This document shows, piece after piece, positions 61,707 to 64,000 of a stretch of DNA of 64,000 nucleotides. Made by a program: the position numbers and the translations under genes. How positions within the stretch are numbered: the first letter of the stretch is position 1; each line of letters opens with the position of its first letter. Source of the stretch: an uncultured bacterium (lineage in GTDB: Bacteria; Eisenbacteria; RBG-16-71-46; CAIMUX01; WJJG01); the NCBI GenBank assembly GCA_964612295.1, contig CAZTDY010000001.1:48032-112031 (forward strand), read 5' to 3'. The notes below the pieces were generated by a model. The model did no database searches. It was not told the origin of the DNA and saw only the letters and a list, made by a program, of their open reading frames with translations.

Positions 61707-62606
61707 ATGGCCGCTGTTGCAGGTGCACCACAACCCTTCCCGTATCAGGGCAGTAAGCGGCTCTTGGCGGCCGAGATCGTCTCCTGCGTACCACCCGGAA
61801 CGCGCCGGATCGTCGAGCCCTTCGCGGGGTCCGGGGCCGTCAGCATCGCGGCCGCGAAATTGGATCGTGCGCCCGAATTCCTGATCAACGACCTCAATCA
61901 CCCCTTATCCGCGCTGTGGGCGGCGATTCTGGACGACCCCGTAGCGCTCTGTGACGGCTATGAGTCGCTGTGGAATGCCCAGCAGGGGAGGGAACGGACC
62001 TTTTTGGGTGAGGTTCGCTCCCGCTTCAATCGAACCCACCAGCCGGCCGACCTCCTCTACCTGTTGGCTCGCTGCGTGAAGGCCGCCGTCAGGTACAATG
62101 CGCGCGGCGAATTCAACAACAGCCCGGACCATCGCAGGCAGGGGAAACACCCGGACAAGCTCCGCACGAACATCCGGGCGACCTCGAATCTCCTCTGCGG
62201 ACGGACCGCCGTGAGCTCGGACGATTACCTGGAGGTGCTGAAGCGTTGCGACTCGGGCGACTTCGTCTACCTGGACCCGCCGTACCAGGGAGTGTCCGGG
62301 AATCGCGACTCCCGCTACATGTCGCAAATCGCGCACGACGGGTTCTCGCGGGCGCTCGATGAGCTCAATGGGCGCGAGGTCCCCTACGTGCTCAGCTATG
62401 ACGGCCGCACCGGCGGTAGGTCCTACGGCGAGCTGTTACCGGCCGGGCTGGATCTGACCCGGGCGGAACTCCCCGCCGGCCGTTCTTCGCAATCCACCCT
62501 CCTGGGGCGCAGCGACCTGACCGTGGAATCTCTGTACCTCTCCCGGGCCTGTCTGCGAAAGCTCGGGGGGATTCCATCCACCCTGCAGCAGCTGACGGCG
62601 TCATGA
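61707..62606 (+). CDS. Dam-family (D12 class) N6-adenine DNA methyltransferase, apparently orphan
   Basis: PFPYQGSKRLLA, motif I EPFAGSGAV, INDLNHPL and motif IV YLDPPY. The start is ATG 61707 after GGAGGAG; the track ORF starts at 61674. No restriction endonuclease candidate is adjacent. Confidence 0.85.
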   Translation: MAAVAGAPQPFPYQGSKRLLAAEIVSCVPPGTRRIVEPFAGSGAVSIAAAKLDRAPEFLINDLNHPLSALWAAILDDPVALCDGYESLWNAQQGRERTFLGEVRSRFNRTHQPADLLYLLARCVKAAVRYNARGEFNNSPDHRRQGKHPDKLRTNIRATSNLLCGRTAVSSDDYLEVLKRCDSGDFVYLDPPYQGVSGNRDSRYMSQIAHDGFSRALDELNGREVPYVLSYDGRTGGRSYGELLPAGLDLTRAELPAGRSSQSTLLGRSDLTVESLYLSRACLRKLGGIPSTLQQLTAS

Positions 62607-64000
62607 GCGGGTTCACCTTCTCCGTGGCGGTGCTGGGCTGCCGGGCCAACCAGGACGAGATCGACGGGCTGCGCTCACACCTCCTGGGGCTGGGGGGAAC
62701 CGAGGTACCCTTTCCCTCCGCGGCGGATATGACCATCGTGAATACTTGTGCGGTCACGAATTCGGCGCTCGCCCAGTCGCGCCAGGAGATCCGCCGGGCG
62801 GGACGGCAGAAGGACGACGGGCTCCTGCTCGCGGTCGGGTGCGGTGCGCAGATGACTCCCTGGGCGCTGGCGACCCTGGAAGGCGTCGATCTCGTGGTCG
62901 GCAATCGGGACAAGGCCGAACTGCCGCGCATTTTCGAGGCCCTCTTCACCGGCCCTCTGCCCCGCGATGGCACGCTGATCGATGCTCTCCGGAAGGAGGG
63001 CTTCGAGCCGGCGCCCTCGGAAGAGAGGCCCGGCGGCCCCCCGGTTCTGTGGTCTGAGGATCCCCGCCCGGCGCGGTTTCTGTCGAAAGGCGAGGTGATC
63101 CCCCAGACGCGCAGCCGAGGCCTTCTCAAGATTCAGGATGGCTGTCATCACCGCTGCCGATACTGCATCGTGCCTCACCTGAGGGGCGCTCCCCAGTCCC
63201 GGCCGATCGATGAGGTCTGCGCCGAAGCCGAGAGGCTGGCCCGCGCCGGCTTCCGGGAGATCGTGCTCACCGGCATCAATCTGGGTCTCTACGGGCTCGG
63301 CCCAAGTCGCGATGCGGATCTTGCGACTCAGGAACACCTTCCCCGCCTTCTCCGCCGGCTGGAGGCCATTGGGGAGCTGAAGCGGATCCGGCTCAGTTCG
63401 CTCGAACCGATGACGATCACCGAGCCACTCTTAGACGCGCTGGCCACCTCGGCCAAGGTGGCCCGTCACCTGCATCTGCCGTTGCAGAGCGGAGCCGATG
63501 AGATCCTGAGGCGCATGAACCGGCCCTACGACAGCCGCGCGGTGCGCTCTCTGGTGGCCCGGGTGCAGCGGCATTGGCCCAGTTTCGGACTCGGCGTGGA
63601 TGTCGTGGCCGGGTATCCGGGAGAAGAGGATCACCATTTCGCTCAAACCCTGGCGCTGATCGAAGAGCTTCCCGTATCCTATCTCCACGCTTTTGCGTAC
63701 TCGGAGCGTCCGGGCACGGCCGCGGCGGAAGATCCCGACGTGGTCGCGCACGCCGTTCGGCGCGAACGCGTCAAACAGCTGCGCGCGCTGGATGAGAAGT
63801 TGCGGCGCAGGTTTCAGGAGAGGCTGTCCGGAGCGCAGTGCGACATCATCGTGGAACAGGCCGATGAGGGCCAATTCACGGGCATGAGCGGCGAGTACGT
63901 GAAAATGCGAGGATCCGGGGCGTTCTGCAGCGGTGATTGGGTGCGGGTGGAGGCTGCAGAAACGCTTCGTCCCGGATTGATGGGGTGTCGGCTTCTGGAG
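62603..64000 (+). CDS. Radical-SAM methylthiotransferase (MiaB/MtaB family), 3' partial. Not in the ORF track because there is no stop in the window.
   Basis: N-terminal MTTase domain (FSVAVLGCRANQDE...IVNTCAVT), radical-SAM CxxxCxxC (GCHHRCRYCIVP) and a TRAM-like end. ATGA overlap with the methyltransferase gene. The frame stays open to position 64000. Confidence 0.85.
   Translation, partial: MSGFTFSVAVLGCRANQDEIDGLRSHLLGLGGTEVPFPSAADMTIVNTCAVTNSALAQSRQEIRRAGRQKDDGLLLAVGCGAQMTPWALATLEGVDLVVGNRDKAELPRIFEALFTGPLPRDGTLIDALRKEGFEPAPSEERPGGPPVLWSEDPRPARFLSKGEVIPQTRSRGLLKIQDGCHHRCRYCIVPHLRGAPQSRPIDEVCAEAERLARAGFREIVLTGINLGLYGLGPSRDADLATQEHLPRLLRRLEAIGELKRIRLSSLEPMTITEPLLDALATSAKVARHLHLPLQSGADEILRRMNRPYDSRAVRSLVARVQRHWPSFGLGVDVVAGYPGEEDHHFAQTLALIEELPVSYLHAFAYSERPGTAAAEDPDVVAHAVRRERVKQLRALDEKLRRRFQERLSGAQCDIIVEQADEGQFTGMSGEYVKMRGSGAFCSGDWVRVEAAETLRPGLMGCRLLE

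Overview
The window is high-GC bacterial chromosomal DNA (roughly two-thirds G+C by eye). Genes are dense and mostly housekeeping: more than 45 protein genes, many with ATGA/GTGA/TTGA start-stop overlaps that indicate operons. One gene (11663..13735, minus) ends in a FlgD-Ig/T9SS-type C-terminal sorting domain, which suggests an FCB-group, Gemmatimonadota-like or related candidate-phylum organism. I found no rRNA, tRNA, CRISPR array, transposase or integrase.

Recognisable core genes are a 2-oxoacid:ferredoxin oxidoreductase beta-gamma fusion (5' partial), groES-groEL, glnA, hflX, a SurA-like PPIase, the S4-ftsE-ftsX-envC-holB-ricT-tatD-rsmA string, an RmlA-like nucleotidyltransferase, secD-secF, an M3 oligoendopeptidase, serC-serA plus DUF1015, nnr, class II B12-dependent ribonucleotide reductase nrdJ, a LysR regulator, a Dam-family N6-adenine methyltransferase and a MiaB/MtaB-type radical-SAM methylthiotransferase (3' partial, runs off the window).

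The more accessory-looking content is:
- a TonB-dependent receptor / DUF4154 (YfiR-like) / hybrid histidine kinase module;
- two HD-GYP phosphodiesterase paralogs;
- a pair of degenerate signalling proteins (pseudo-receiver and pseudo sigma54 activator);
- an outer-membrane barrel plus two paralogous lipoproteins upstream of secDF;
- a four-gene envelope operon (DUF4159-like protein, a 1144-aa Q/E-rich coiled-coil membrane protein, a TPR protein and a GATase1-like protein) that resembles Bat/aerotolerance-type clusters but lacks the MoxR/DUF58/VWA core;
- two secreted-protein genes each interrupted by a single in-frame TGA.

Gene start coordinates are my best estimates and stop coordinates come from the ORF track. 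All homology calls rest on motif recognition by eye, not on database searches.
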